Of a DNA stretch of 26,394 bases, positions 8,595 through 17,865 are shown piece after piece. The DNA is from a virus (taxonomy: Duplodnaviria; Caudoviricetes). The notes beneath the pieces are model-generated. The model was not told the origin of the DNA, searched no databases, and saw only the letters and a list, made by a program, of their open reading frames with translations. The position numbers and the translations under genes are program-made. The stretch spans positions 1-26,394 of IMG/VR virus record IMGVR_UViG_3300042556_001648. One strand, given 5' to 3'. The stretch's first letter is position 1, and each line of letters opens with the position of its first letter.

Positions 8595-10530
8595 AATTTT
8601 GTGTACCAACTTCCTGTATTGTTAGAGTTCTAACACTAGTGCTAGAGGGTAAATAAGGTCTTCCTACTATTTTTGAATCTTCTTCTATTATATCAAATCT
8701 ATACGCTGCGGTCAAGGGTTCTAGTGCATCCTTGATTGGCATTTTCTTGGCTATGTGATACCCTCTTACTACATCAGTAAGATTGGAATAGCTATATTTT
8801 GAAATAGGTAATCCTGATCTTGCAGTTATATCCTCTGCTACCGATTTTAGTGTGGGACTACTACTAGATACAGTATTCGTAGTAGCTATTAGTTCTCTGA
8901 ACACATTAGGTGTATGAAAATTTTGGCTGAATTTTATTATATTTGGTGTTTCGCTATATACAGAGGTTGTTGAGTTATCAGACATTACCAGACTTCCTGG
9001 TAAACTAATACTACCACCTATACTTATTATCTCATAATTATTAAATGTAGTAAGGCTATCTACTGGTCCTACCTTTAATAGACTATTAAATGAGTTTATC
9101 CTATAAATACAGTTATCTTTATCATTAAATGTAAAGTAGTTCTTACCTCCTACAACTGTCGATACTGCTGATTCAATTAAATTAAAATTATAGTCATACC
9201 AATAAAAAGTATTTGGACCCCAACTACCCCTTACTACTAAAAATTTATTACTAAAAAATGCTATTGCTGTTACACCTAGACCATAAGAATATGATGGCCA
9301 AATTGTAGTAGATACCGAACCATTAAAATAGACAAGTGGGCCCTCTATACCACAGGAACAGATACCTTCTGTTGTACTTTTAAAAGCTATGGTAGCCCCC
9401 CAGCCCCCGGGGGCCCCAGGTCCTGAAATCGCATAACTTGGGTAGTAAGGAAAATTAGTACCCTCTGTATTACCAATATGAACTAAACATCCAACATTAT
9501 AAGTACCAGTAGAGGATTTTATTCCATAGAATTCTCTAATTATTATGTGTACTTCCGGTGCTTTATATAAAATTAGTGAAGTGGTGTATGAGGTACCCTG
9601 GCTTGTAAGTATATTCATGTAGCCATCTGTTATTACACTTAAATCGGCACTAAACATTAATGTTTTAATGCCTTGAGTATTAATTTTATAATAAGAAGCA
9701 TTTCCATAAGTTGGTGCAACATAACTAGCTATATTAGTTACTACAGAGTACCCATAAAGATTACCATAAATATCATATCCAGTATTAAATATTCTAGAAG
9801 ATATTAATTCGCTAGTAGAATTAATGTTATACCCTGATAAACTACCGTTCTTAACAACCTCAAAACTAAAGTTAGGTAAACGATTACCATAATCTGCTAA
9901 CTGTAAATCTTCAAATACTACGTATGCAGTACCTCTATACGCTAAATCAGTACCTTCAACTGCTTGAATTAAAGGATCGCAGAGTTGTGTTTCTGATCCA
10001 GTATAAACTCGAATTTTACTCTTGTTACTAGCCCGTAGAGCTTCTAGTTTAGCTGTGTATGATGCATCATAAATAAGTTTAGTATCAGCCCATATTCTAC
10101 TTACTCCGGTTATAGTACCTTCACATAAAGCTACAGCACAATCTGTACTATAACTATAGGTAGTATAGCTATTTCCACCCCCTCCACTACCTCCCCCTAC
10201 ATCTTTTTTCTTTGAAGCTTCCGTTAGCCCTGTACTCCAGATAACATTACCTGCTATTCTCATTGTACCATAAACTAGTGGCAAACTTGCACCTTCGGTG
10301 CTAGTTTGCACACTTAAATCTCCTAGGCGTGGCCCCTGGTAGTCTTGCTTTTCATTAAATAGCATTCTATCTAACGCGCTACCTGCTATAGTACCTAGTG
10401 CTCCAGTTATAGCCTGAGCAGCTGACCATAAAGCCCCCGAAGCTGCCACACTAGCCCCACTAGCCATAGCCCCGTACAATGAAGGAGCTAAGGCACTAGT
10501 AGCTGCCTGAGATAATACTAAACTTGCCAT
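8587..10530 (-). CDS. central tail protein N-terminal half, paralog 3
   Basis: GPRL.DL.VQTSTEG...YGTMRIAGNVIW...CEG.I..V.RIWAD...DPLIQAVEG...AYRGTAYVVFED..L..YGNRLPNFSFEV, then a unique middle domain and a semi-conserved tail. AGGA RBS. Confidence 0.88.
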   Translation of the reverse strand: MASLVLSQAATSALAPSLYGAMASGASVAASGALWSAAQAITGALGTIAGSALDRMLFNEKQDYQGPRLGDLSVQTSTEGASLPLVYGTMRIAGNVIWSTGLTEASKKKDVGGGSGGGGNSYTTYSYSTDCAVALCEGTITGVSRIWADTKLIYDASYTAKLEALRASNKSKIRVYTGSETQLCDPLIQAVEGTDLAYRGTAYVVFEDLQLADYGNRLPNFSFEVVKNGSLSGYNINSTSELISSRIFNTGYDIYGNLYGYSVVTNIASYVAPTYGNASYYKINTQGIKTLMFSADLSVITDGYMNILTSQGTSYTTSLILYKAPEVHIIIREFYGIKSSTGTYNVGCLVHIGNTEGTNFPYYPSYAISGPGAPGGWGATIAFKSTTEGICSCGIEGPLVYFNGSVSTTIWPSYSYGLGVTAIAFFSNKFLVVRGSWGPNTFYWYDYNFNLIESAVSTVVGGKNYFTFNDKDNCIYRINSFNSLLKVGPVDSLTTFNNYEIISIGGSISLPGSLVMSDNSTTSVYSETPNIIKFSQNFHTPNVFRELIATTNTVSSSSPTLKSVAEDITARSGLPISKYSYSNLTDVVRGYHIAKKMPIKDALEPLTAAYRFDIIEEDSKIVGRPYLPSSTSVRTLTIQEVGTQNYD

Positions 10531-13500
10531 AATTTTCCTATTTAGATCTGCTCAGCACCTAGGGTACTATTTGTTAAAGTTGCATTATTAGTTGCTATAG
10601 ACTTATCTTTAGCAATTATTTTCCCAGCTTCTTCTACTAGCTCGAAATTATATCCAGCCTGTAAGGAGTCTAAAGCTGCTTTGGCTGACATAACTTTAGA
10701 TACTACAAAACCTTTTACATTTTGATTACTTAAAGCTGTATAAGTATAAGAAGTACTTGGAAGTTTTGATTTTGCAGTTATATCCTCTGCTACCGATTGT
10801 AGGGCTACTGTTGATTTAGTTATCAAACCCTTGCTTAATATTGCAGTCTTTGTATCGTTATTTACCCAATATAGATTGTCAGCTATTTGACCTAGCGAAT
10901 GTCTTGTATCATTAAATGCATAAGGGCTTGTGCCAATAGTAGTCCACGTAACAAAGTCTAGTGTTTTTACTATCGTCGTATCGTTTAGTAATAAGACACT
11001 ATTTGGCTCAAGGCCTTGACCTAGTCTTATGCCAATAAAACCACCATATCGATAAATATCAGGTGATAGCGCGGCTTCGGTAAATGTTCCACCGGTGGTT
11101 AAAACGGTGGCCTTATTTATACGGTACGTGTATCCGGGAGCTCCATGTGTTAGCACGTAAATATAATCATCCGATATAACAATAGCGCCACGGTAGGCTT
11201 CACCAGTTAGTGTAATCGTTGCATAATGACCAGCCTCGAAAAATTCCATACTGTCGGATAGACCATATCCTGCATAACCACCCCATGATCCCATAGTGAC
11301 CGTTGCCGGGGTAAGGTTGGCACGCTTGCTAATATTAAATGTTGAGTACGTTGCGTAGGCAACATAATCAGCATTAACAAAATTGTAGTTGTTGCTAAGA
11401 CCGCTTTGGTGAAGTTTTTTTATAATTAGGCTTTCACCGTTAAGTGTAATTAAAAATGCTTTAGAAGTAGACTCCGGGTAACATAAAACAAAGGTGTCAT
11501 CCTCATAGTCATACGTATTTGTAAATCCAAAAGATGTACCCCAATTATAAAACCCATATATATAATGTAAGTATGTTTTAAATCTATTTATCCAAACCCC
11601 ATTACTATCAATGTACCAATAATTTAATTCTGTTGGGTAGGATGTTCCGTTCCAGGGATACACCGGGCCAACCGTAATAACCTTAATCATTTCGCCTGAT
11701 TTATGCTTTACGCTAACTATCTGCCCGGATGTTGGAGCCGTAGCACTTTCAAACCCTTTAGCAAGCCCAGAAATACTACCACTCTTAATAACCTCAAAAC
11801 TAAAGTTAGGTAAACGATTACCATAATCAGCTAATTGGAAGTCTTCAAATACTGCATACGCGGTACCTCTATACGCTAAATCAGTACCTTCAACTGCTTG
11901 AATTAAAGGATCACAAAGCTGCGTTTCTGAACCCGTGTAGAATCGAATGTTATTTTTTGCACTAACCTGTAACTTTTCTATATTATCAGTGGGTGCTCCA
12001 GGAAATGCTTTAGTTGGTGGTGTAAAATTTGCTGTATAGCGGGGTACACCTTTGGTGATACGTAGGTCATCAATATAGCCATTTAAATACCAAGCTGATC
12101 CACCGTATAAAGCACCTATACTAAATACGGGGCCTGAGGGTGAAAGTATATCAACTGATGATGCACTACTTGTGTTAGTACCTATACCATTTATAAATAG
12201 CTGTAAAGTACCACTATACCTAACTAAGGCTACATGAATCCAAGCCCCTGCTATAATAGCATTAGATGAACTTACTACCGTAGCACTTACCCCTAGAGAG
12301 TCACCAATTGATCCAGCCACAGTACCGCTAGGATCTATCTGAATGTAGAAGCAATTATATGTTACACCATTTGATCCTCTGTATAAAATTGCTTGGTAGC
12401 CTGGACCAATTGCTTGAATATTTATCCAACACTCAACTGTAAAATCTCCTAAACCAAAATTGAAATCCATACTATCAGGTATAGTAAGATAATCACCATT
12501 TCCATCAAAGTAAGCTGCCGCAGTACCAAACTTAGCTACACTAGTCTTAGTAACAGTATTGCCATACCTAGCAACTACTTTGCCTTTTTCATCAATAAAT
12601 GAAGTAGCATTATCAACTCCATCCATGTGCATCGCTAGAACTACATTGTCCCAGTACGGATCTTGGGATACTGCTTTACCAACGTCATAAATTAGTTTAC
12701 TATCAGCCCATATTCTACGTATTCCAGTTATAGTACCTTCACATATAGCTACAGCGCAGTCACTACTGTATGTATAAGTAGTATGACTGCCACCGCCTCC
12801 ACCACCGCCTCCACTACCACCGCCTCCACCGCTACTCTCAGTAGTTGAAGACTCAGTTAACCCAGTACTCCATATAACATTACCTGCTATTCTCATTGTA
12901 CCATAAACTATTGGCAAACTTGCACCTTCGGTGCTAGTTTGCACGATTAAATCTTGTAATCTAGGTCCATAAGTTTTTGGTGCTTTAGGCCCAAATAGCT
13001 TCCTATCTACAATACCACCAATATAGCCCCCAATGATACCACCTATACCAGGTAAAAGAATATTGCCTACTGTTGATAATACCATGCTAGCCATCTATTG
13101 TAGCTCCTAAATCATTACTATTTATACTTCTTGAGGATGTACTAGTACCACGCTTTTTAGCCATTAGAGTACCATTTTCTTCTACTAAATCAAAATTATA
13201 CCCTGTAATAAGTGACTCTAACATACCAGCAGCATTTGTAGATGTTCTACTAGCGTAGCCTCTAAGTGTATCACCACTAAGAGCGGCGAAGTTAATTTTA
13301 CTTGCTGATATTGGAGTTTTGGTAACAATATCATCAACTACCGATTTTAGCGTAGGACTACTTGTGGCTACTAAAGGTATGGTACTAAAAGTTGCGGTAT
13401 TACCTGAATTTGAGTCATTACTACCTATATAATAAACATAATATATATCATCCTTAAATATTAGGGATGGTACTATAAGAGTGTTATTTAATACAAAATA

Positions 13501-14810
13501 AGAAGGTAATGGCGCAGATACTGCTTGATCAACGATAGAATATGGATTTTTAAAGTCTAATCTTTTTATTCTGTCTCCTGTACCTGGTATATATATAGCA
13601 GAATAATATGAATCGAACCCTATTAATATTGGATTAGCACCATTTACATAAGGACTAAGACTGATAGAATCTACATATATGTTATTACTATCAAAGCGAT
13701 ATACAGTATTATTTGTAGTATTAAAACATATAATACCTTCATCATATACATCAATTATGTCTCCATAGTTACTACTACTAATTGTTTGTGGCATAGTATT
13801 TAGATTACTAGCAGTAATTATAGTATTGACATCCGTATAAGACGTAGTATAAGTACCTAATGTACCTACGTATACTCTTAGATACTGGGGAGAATTACCA
13901 CTTGTGGTGCTTTTACCTATAATGTATATTATACCGTTTTTTTCGCATACTCCAGTAATACGAGTATACCAGTTATTCTCGTTAGGTAGATATATTGCTC
14001 TTACTGGACTCTCATCTGTACTAGAAAAAGCTAGCACTGAGCTATTCCATCCTGGATGATAAAATATTCCTGGCGTACTACTGTAAGACTTTTGAGTTAA
14101 GGGAAAATTAGCGGGTGGTGCTACACCATTATTTATAAATGATTTTTGCAGCTTAATCTGACTATCATTAGTACCGAGTAAGTAGTAATAGTAATAATTA
14201 TTAGTACCTAGTACTACTATATGCATATTATTATATTCATCAATTTTAGTCATTGTAGACTTATTACTAAACGTAATACTATTGGCTGTATTGTGTCTTT
14301 TACTAGATTTATAACTAGTAGTACCATTCTTAACAACCTCAAAACTAAAGTTAGGTAGACGATTACCATAGTTAGCTAATTGAAAGTCTTCAAATACTAC
14401 ATATGCAGTACCCCTGTATGCTAAATCAGTACCCTCAACTGCTTGAATTAAAGGATCGCAGAGTTGTGTTTCCGAACCAGTATAAAATCGAATATTATTT
14501 ACGGCACTAGCCTGTAGAGTTTCTAATGTAGCACTACTACCAACATCATATATAAGTTTAGTATCTGCCCATATTCTACGTACTCCAGTTATAGTACCTT
14601 CACATAAGGCTACAGCACAATCAGTACTATAACTATACGTAGTAGAACTACTACCCCCTCCACCACCGCTACCTCCGCCTCCAATACTCTCAGTAGTTGA
14701 AGTTTCTGTTAATCCAGTACTCCAGATAACATTACCTGCTATTCTTATTGTGCCATATACTATTGGTAAATTAGCACCTTCAGTGCTAGTTTGCAGACTT
14801 AAATCTTGTA
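8820..14810. repeat. dispersed direct repeats shared by the three tail paralogs
   Basis: Identical runs: 9929-9978 = 11863-11912 (50 nt), 9856-9894 = 11790-11828 (39 nt), 8820-8846 = 10772-10798 (27 nt). 10241-10311 vs 12874-12944 match at 70/71. Third copies lie near 13338-13362, 14335-14490 and 14715-14810. Confidence 0.9.
10542..13094 (-). CDS. central tail protein N-terminal half, paralog 2, with LamG/ConA-like insertion
   Basis: Same conserved N-domain. Insert at ~11990-12665 reads FGTAAAYFDGNGDYL...DFTVECWI...WIHVALVR...GYIDDLRITKG. AGGAG RBS 9 nt upstream. Confidence 0.88.
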   Translation of the reverse strand: MASMVLSTVGNILLPGIGGIIGGYIGGIVDRKLFGPKAPKTYGPRLQDLIVQTSTEGASLPIVYGTMRIAGNVIWSTGLTESSTTESSGGGGGSGGGGGGGGSHTTYTYSSDCAVAICEGTITGIRRIWADSKLIYDVGKAVSQDPYWDNVVLAMHMDGVDNATSFIDEKGKVVARYGNTVTKTSVAKFGTAAAYFDGNGDYLTIPDSMDFNFGLGDFTVECWINIQAIGPGYQAILYRGSNGVTYNCFYIQIDPSGTVAGSIGDSLGVSATVVSSSNAIIAGAWIHVALVRYSGTLQLFINGIGTNTSSASSVDILSPSGPVFSIGALYGGSAWYLNGYIDDLRITKGVPRYTANFTPPTKAFPGAPTDNIEKLQVSAKNNIRFYTGSETQLCDPLIQAVEGTDLAYRGTAYAVFEDFQLADYGNRLPNFSFEVIKSGSISGLAKGFESATAPTSGQIVSVKHKSGEMIKVITVGPVYPWNGTSYPTELNYWYIDSNGVWINRFKTYLHYIYGFYNWGTSFGFTNTYDYEDDTFVLCYPESTSKAFLITLNGESLIIKKLHQSGLSNNYNFVNADYVAYATYSTFNISKRANLTPATVTMGSWGGYAGYGLSDSMEFFEAGHYATITLTGEAYRGAIVISDDYIYVLTHGAPGYTYRINKATVLTTGGTFTEAALSPDIYRYGGFIGIRLGQGLEPNSVLLLNDTTIVKTLDFVTWTTIGTSPYAFNDTRHSLGQIADNLYWVNNDTKTAILSKGLITKSTVALQSVAEDITAKSKLPSTSYTYTALSNQNVKGFVVSKVMSAKAALDSLQAGYNFELVEEAGKIIAKDKSIATNNATLTNSTLGAEQI

Positions 14811-14970
14811 GTCTAGGGCCTTGTACGTTTACTTTACTACCGAACAGCATTCTATCTACTGCGCTACCAACATACGTAGCAGCAACTGTTAAAGCTGTAG
14901 TGGCTAAGTAACCAAGACCTGCTGAAACTGCAAAAGCCTCTGCAGCTGCTACCAATACTATTTGTGCCAT
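13087..14970 (-). CDS. central tail protein N-terminal half, paralog 1
   Basis: Same conserved N-domain. Occupies the canonical position directly after NlpC/P60. Confidence 0.88.
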   Translation of the reverse strand: MAQIVLVAAAEAFAVSAGLGYLATTALTVAATYVGSAVDRMLFGSKVNVQGPRLQDLSLQTSTEGANLPIVYGTIRIAGNVIWSTGLTETSTTESIGGGGSGGGGGSSSTTYSYSTDCAVALCEGTITGVRRIWADTKLIYDVGSSATLETLQASAVNNIRFYTGSETQLCDPLIQAVEGTDLAYRGTAYVVFEDFQLANYGNRLPNFSFEVVKNGTTSYKSSKRHNTANSITFSNKSTMTKIDEYNNMHIVVLGTNNYYYYYLLGTNDSQIKLQKSFINNGVAPPANFPLTQKSYSSTPGIFYHPGWNSSVLAFSSTDESPVRAIYLPNENNWYTRITGVCEKNGIIYIIGKSTTSGNSPQYLRVYVGTLGTYTTSYTDVNTIITASNLNTMPQTISSSNYGDIIDVYDEGIICFNTTNNTVYRFDSNNIYVDSISLSPYVNGANPILIGFDSYYSAIYIPGTGDRIKRLDFKNPYSIVDQAVSAPLPSYFVLNNTLIVPSLIFKDDIYYVYYIGSNDSNSGNTATFSTIPLVATSSPTLKSVVDDIVTKTPISASKINFAALSGDTLRGYASRTSTNAAGMLESLITGYNFDLVEENGTLMAKKRGTSTSSRSINSNDLGATIDG

Positions 14971-14974
14971 AGTT

Positions 14975-15367
14975 TTACTTTATCCTATAAGTTCCAACTA
15001 GTCTACTAAGCCATATATCATCTAGTCTATGTTCTACTACTTTATTTGGTTTAGCCCACGCATGAATTACACCTATATCTGAGCACAGCCCTACATGCCT
15101 AGGCTCGCCAGCAAAAGAAAACCATAATACGTCACCAGATTGCCTTTCACTATTAGGTATCTTAGTACAATGCAATAATAGTGTCTCTTCTATCAATTTG
15201 GGGTCTGGGCTCATACTATAAGCACCAGGGTGTATAATTTGCATTCCTGCTTCTTCACCAACACAAATTAGTAGACCACCACAGTCTACTCCTAAGCGAT
15301 TTCTACCTTGGTGTCTAAACGGAACTCCTAACCATCCTCTAGCTATTTCTACTAGATTATTTTGCAT
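14975..15367 (-). CDS. NlpC/P60 phage tail-associated peptidase
   Basis: ARGWLGVPFRHQGR...GVDCGGL...HVGL...IHA catalytic Cys/His pattern. Located between the hub and the central tail protein. Confidence 0.92.
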   Translation of the reverse strand: MQNNLVEIARGWLGVPFRHQGRNRLGVDCGGLLICVGEEAGMQIIHPGAYSMSPDPKLIEETLLLHCTKIPNSERQSGDVLWFSFAGEPRHVGLCSDIGVIHAWAKPNKVVEHRLDDIWLSRLVGTYRIK

Positions 15368-16943
15368 TTGGATACTCCATTACTTTGTCCATACCTGGTA
15401 TATGTGGATAACCCCTGAAATTTATCTGATTTCCTGTGGTAGCATTACCTGGAGATAATATGAAACTGCTACATCCAGCAGGACTATCAAAGTTTTTATC
15501 ACAACCTGAACTTATAGTAAAAGTATCTCCTATTGATACATCATTAGCCATTGGCAAAGCTAGTGATATAGTGGAACTACCAACAGATTTAACTTCCATA
15601 CTAGCCCCCCTATTTAATCCTGAAGCCCAGGTCAATTTTCCATTCGCTATAATTTGGGGTACTGTGTTGGTAGACTGAGTGTAGGGGTAGTACTTGGGTA
15701 TAAACTGACCTTGATATCTTGCTACTCCCTTCGTAATTCTGAGTTCGTCTAAATAGCAATTTGGCATATAGTTGGCCGCATTTTCGCCTGGAATACTAAA
15801 TATATGTAAAGAAGGCGTAGTACTTGGTATAATTGGCATAGGATTAGTATTAGATTGTTGTGCTATACCATTTAAATATATTGTAGTAGTCCCTAGATAG
15901 CTCTCTATAGCTATATGTTGAAAAGTATTTAGCGTAATAGGTGTAGCTACTGAGTATGTACCAACACTACCATCATACCAATAAAACTGTAATAAATTTC
16001 CGGGTAAAGTTTGTACATACCAATGAATACCCGTAGTAGAATTCCAAGCTACAGCCCCGCCGCCAGCACAAAGTAATGCACCTGCTACAGGTGGATTACT
16101 CAATGGATTTAACCAAAATTCTATAGTAAAGTCACTAGGATGTAGTATAAAATCAGTAGAAGCAGCCGCACTTAAATAACTACCAGTAACATTACCTGGG
16201 TTATAAGCTGCTGCTGTACCAAATACTTTATTACTAGTTTTAGTAACTATAGCAGTACCGGTTCTAGTAATAATCTTTCCTATATTATCTGTAAAAGAAG
16301 TGCCGTTATCTACACCATCCATAGGCATAGCTAAAATAGCATTAGTAAATGTGGAATCTGTTATTGACCCGCTAATACTTAAGTTGTCCGGGGTATTAAT
16401 GGTAGTATAATCAACTATACCAGAAACTGAAGAAGTACGTGTATATGTAGCTAGTGGCATCTTGCATCTAGAGTCTCCAAAGCTAGCATCGCACCTCTTA
16501 GTCATAATTCTACCTATAGTATTCTGTAGAAATTGTGATAAACTACGCATCTCAGCGATGAACTGCTGTTTCTTAATTGTTACATCGCCTAGTGTTCCGG
16601 CCTGTATAATTAATTTCTGAGTAACATCTTTCCAATTTACTATGAATACTTCTATATTACATAAGTCCCACATGCCTGATCTTAAATCTTGCTCAGTAAT
16701 AGTACTAGAATCTAACATACCAGCTACTTCTAAGTTATCAACACTTGTACCTATTTTTGCTTGAGCATTTGTAGCATTTAATCCAGTTTCAGCATAGTAA
16801 ACTACTCCGTCTATAATTAAATTTACATCGTGAGTTGTAAATCCAAATACTTGACCATCTTTTCTAGTTGCTTTCCAGCACCATGCTAAAGTGGTTACAT
16901 CACCTAATAGGTGAGTATCCATTGCTACTGGTATAGTTTTCAT
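15357..16943 (-). CDS. baseplate hub protein (DUF2163/BR0599-like) with LamG insertion
   Basis: TTLAWCWKATRKDGQVFGFTTHD, CDASFGDSRC...GCDK...C (putative Fe-S ligands), NFRGYPHIPG. LamG-like block at ~15690-16360. Confidence 0.9.
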   Translation of the reverse strand: MKTIPVAMDTHLLGDVTTLAWCWKATRKDGQVFGFTTHDVNLIIDGVVYYAETGLNATNAQAKIGTSVDNLEVAGMLDSSTITEQDLRSGMWDLCNIEVFIVNWKDVTQKLIIQAGTLGDVTIKKQQFIAEMRSLSQFLQNTIGRIMTKRCDASFGDSRCKMPLATYTRTSSVSGIVDYTTINTPDNLSISGSITDSTFTNAILAMPMDGVDNGTSFTDNIGKIITRTGTAIVTKTSNKVFGTAAAYNPGNVTGSYLSAAASTDFILHPSDFTIEFWLNPLSNPPVAGALLCAGGGAVAWNSTTGIHWYVQTLPGNLLQFYWYDGSVGTYSVATPITLNTFQHIAIESYLGTTTIYLNGIAQQSNTNPMPIIPSTTPSLHIFSIPGENAANYMPNCYLDELRITKGVARYQGQFIPKYYPYTQSTNTVPQIIANGKLTWASGLNRGASMEVKSVGSSTISLALPMANDVSIGDTFTISSGCDKNFDSPAGCSSFILSPGNATTGNQINFRGYPHIPGMDKVMEYPNAK

Positions 16944-17863
16944 ACTCTTAACTCCACAATTGGGATATTTGACCAGGAACTAGATATGTGAGTATCTAAT
17001 GATCCTTCCATTGAATCTATATCGAACCTGCATGGTATATCATATTCACCAGTCCAGGTAAGTATTTCATTACCTTGTTGATATTTACTTAAACTACCGC
17101 TAATAGTAGTGCCGGTATAATTAGTACTATTAGTACTTAATGTAACTTCAGTATATGTTGTATATGAAACTCCACTAACTACATGTCGTGTATCTTTTAA
17201 TTCAGGTATATTTACATCAGATTCAAAGTATAGTTTAGAACCTATTGGTAATGTACTGACTTGATTTCCTTGTAGATATACTTTTGTTGTAGCTCCTTTA
17301 GTAATAGTATTATTTTGAAGTACAAAACTATTACTAAGATTGAAAGTGACTACACCAGTTGCATAATTAATATTATTTATTAAACCAGCAGTACTACCAT
17401 GTATAGCAATTGGAGTACCATTTCTACTTACTGTTATAGTACTTATAGGTTTACGTATGTTTCTTAAATAGTAGTCAGAAGTAACAATACCAAATTTATA
17501 TAGTTTAGCAAGTTGATAATACTTATAACCATCCTGTAAAGAGTTTAGAGACCCATCTAAGGCCTCTAAAGCCCCAGTTACTCTACCTTCTGTACTTGAT
17601 ACCTTATAGTCCATCCAATCTTTAAACCTAAAACCATTTGCGCGCCCTCTAGCTATATTAAAGAAAGCTAGAAGCTGAGCGTACTCAGCCTCTGTTCTAA
17701 CTGCATGAGACACCTCGTACTTAGCTTTTGACTTAGCCCAATTAATATTTCTTTTCTCAAAGCCAGAGGCTGTACTTACTATATCCGTACTAAACTGAGG
17801 GCCACCAAGGGCCCCCTTAGATATATTAGTAGGAAAACGTGCATCTTCTATAAACGCTGTCAT
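16940..17863 (-). CDS. distal tail protein (DUF2460-like)
   Basis: RFPTNIS.GA.GGPQFSTDIV...SGFEKRNINW...FF..ARGRANGFRFKDW.DY...EYDIPCRFD...IPIVELR. Confidence 0.9.
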   Translation of the reverse strand: MTAFIEDARFPTNISKGALGGPQFSTDIVSTASGFEKRNINWAKSKAKYEVSHAVRTEAEYAQLLAFFNIARGRANGFRFKDWMDYKVSSTEGRVTGALEALDGSLNSLQDGYKYYQLAKLYKFGIVTSDYYLRNIRKPISTITVSRNGTPIAIHGSTAGLINNINYATGVVTFNLSNSFVLQNNTITKGATTKVYLQGNQVSTLPIGSKLYFESDVNIPELKDTRHVVSGVSYTTYTEVTLSTNSTNYTGTTISGSLSKYQQGNEILTWTGEYDIPCRFDIDSMEGSLDTHISSSWSNIPIVELRV

Positions 17864-17865
17864 TT

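Noticed and set aside
12790-12832. (CCN)n low-complexity repeat, with similar runs near 10176-10198, 14654-14683 and 18249-18272
   Set aside because: These simply encode Gly/Ser linkers typical of these proteins.
8587-14970. Shufflon/invertible cassette or diversity-generating retroelement
   Set aside because: All repeats are direct and within coding sequence. No recombinase or reverse transcriptase is in the window, and mismatches are not adenine-specific. A distant enzyme cannot be excluded.
8587-14970. Paralogs as degraded pseudogene fragments
   Set aside because: All three are long, uninterrupted, tightly packed ORFs ending at the same structural point. Paralogs 2 and 3 have clear RBSs.
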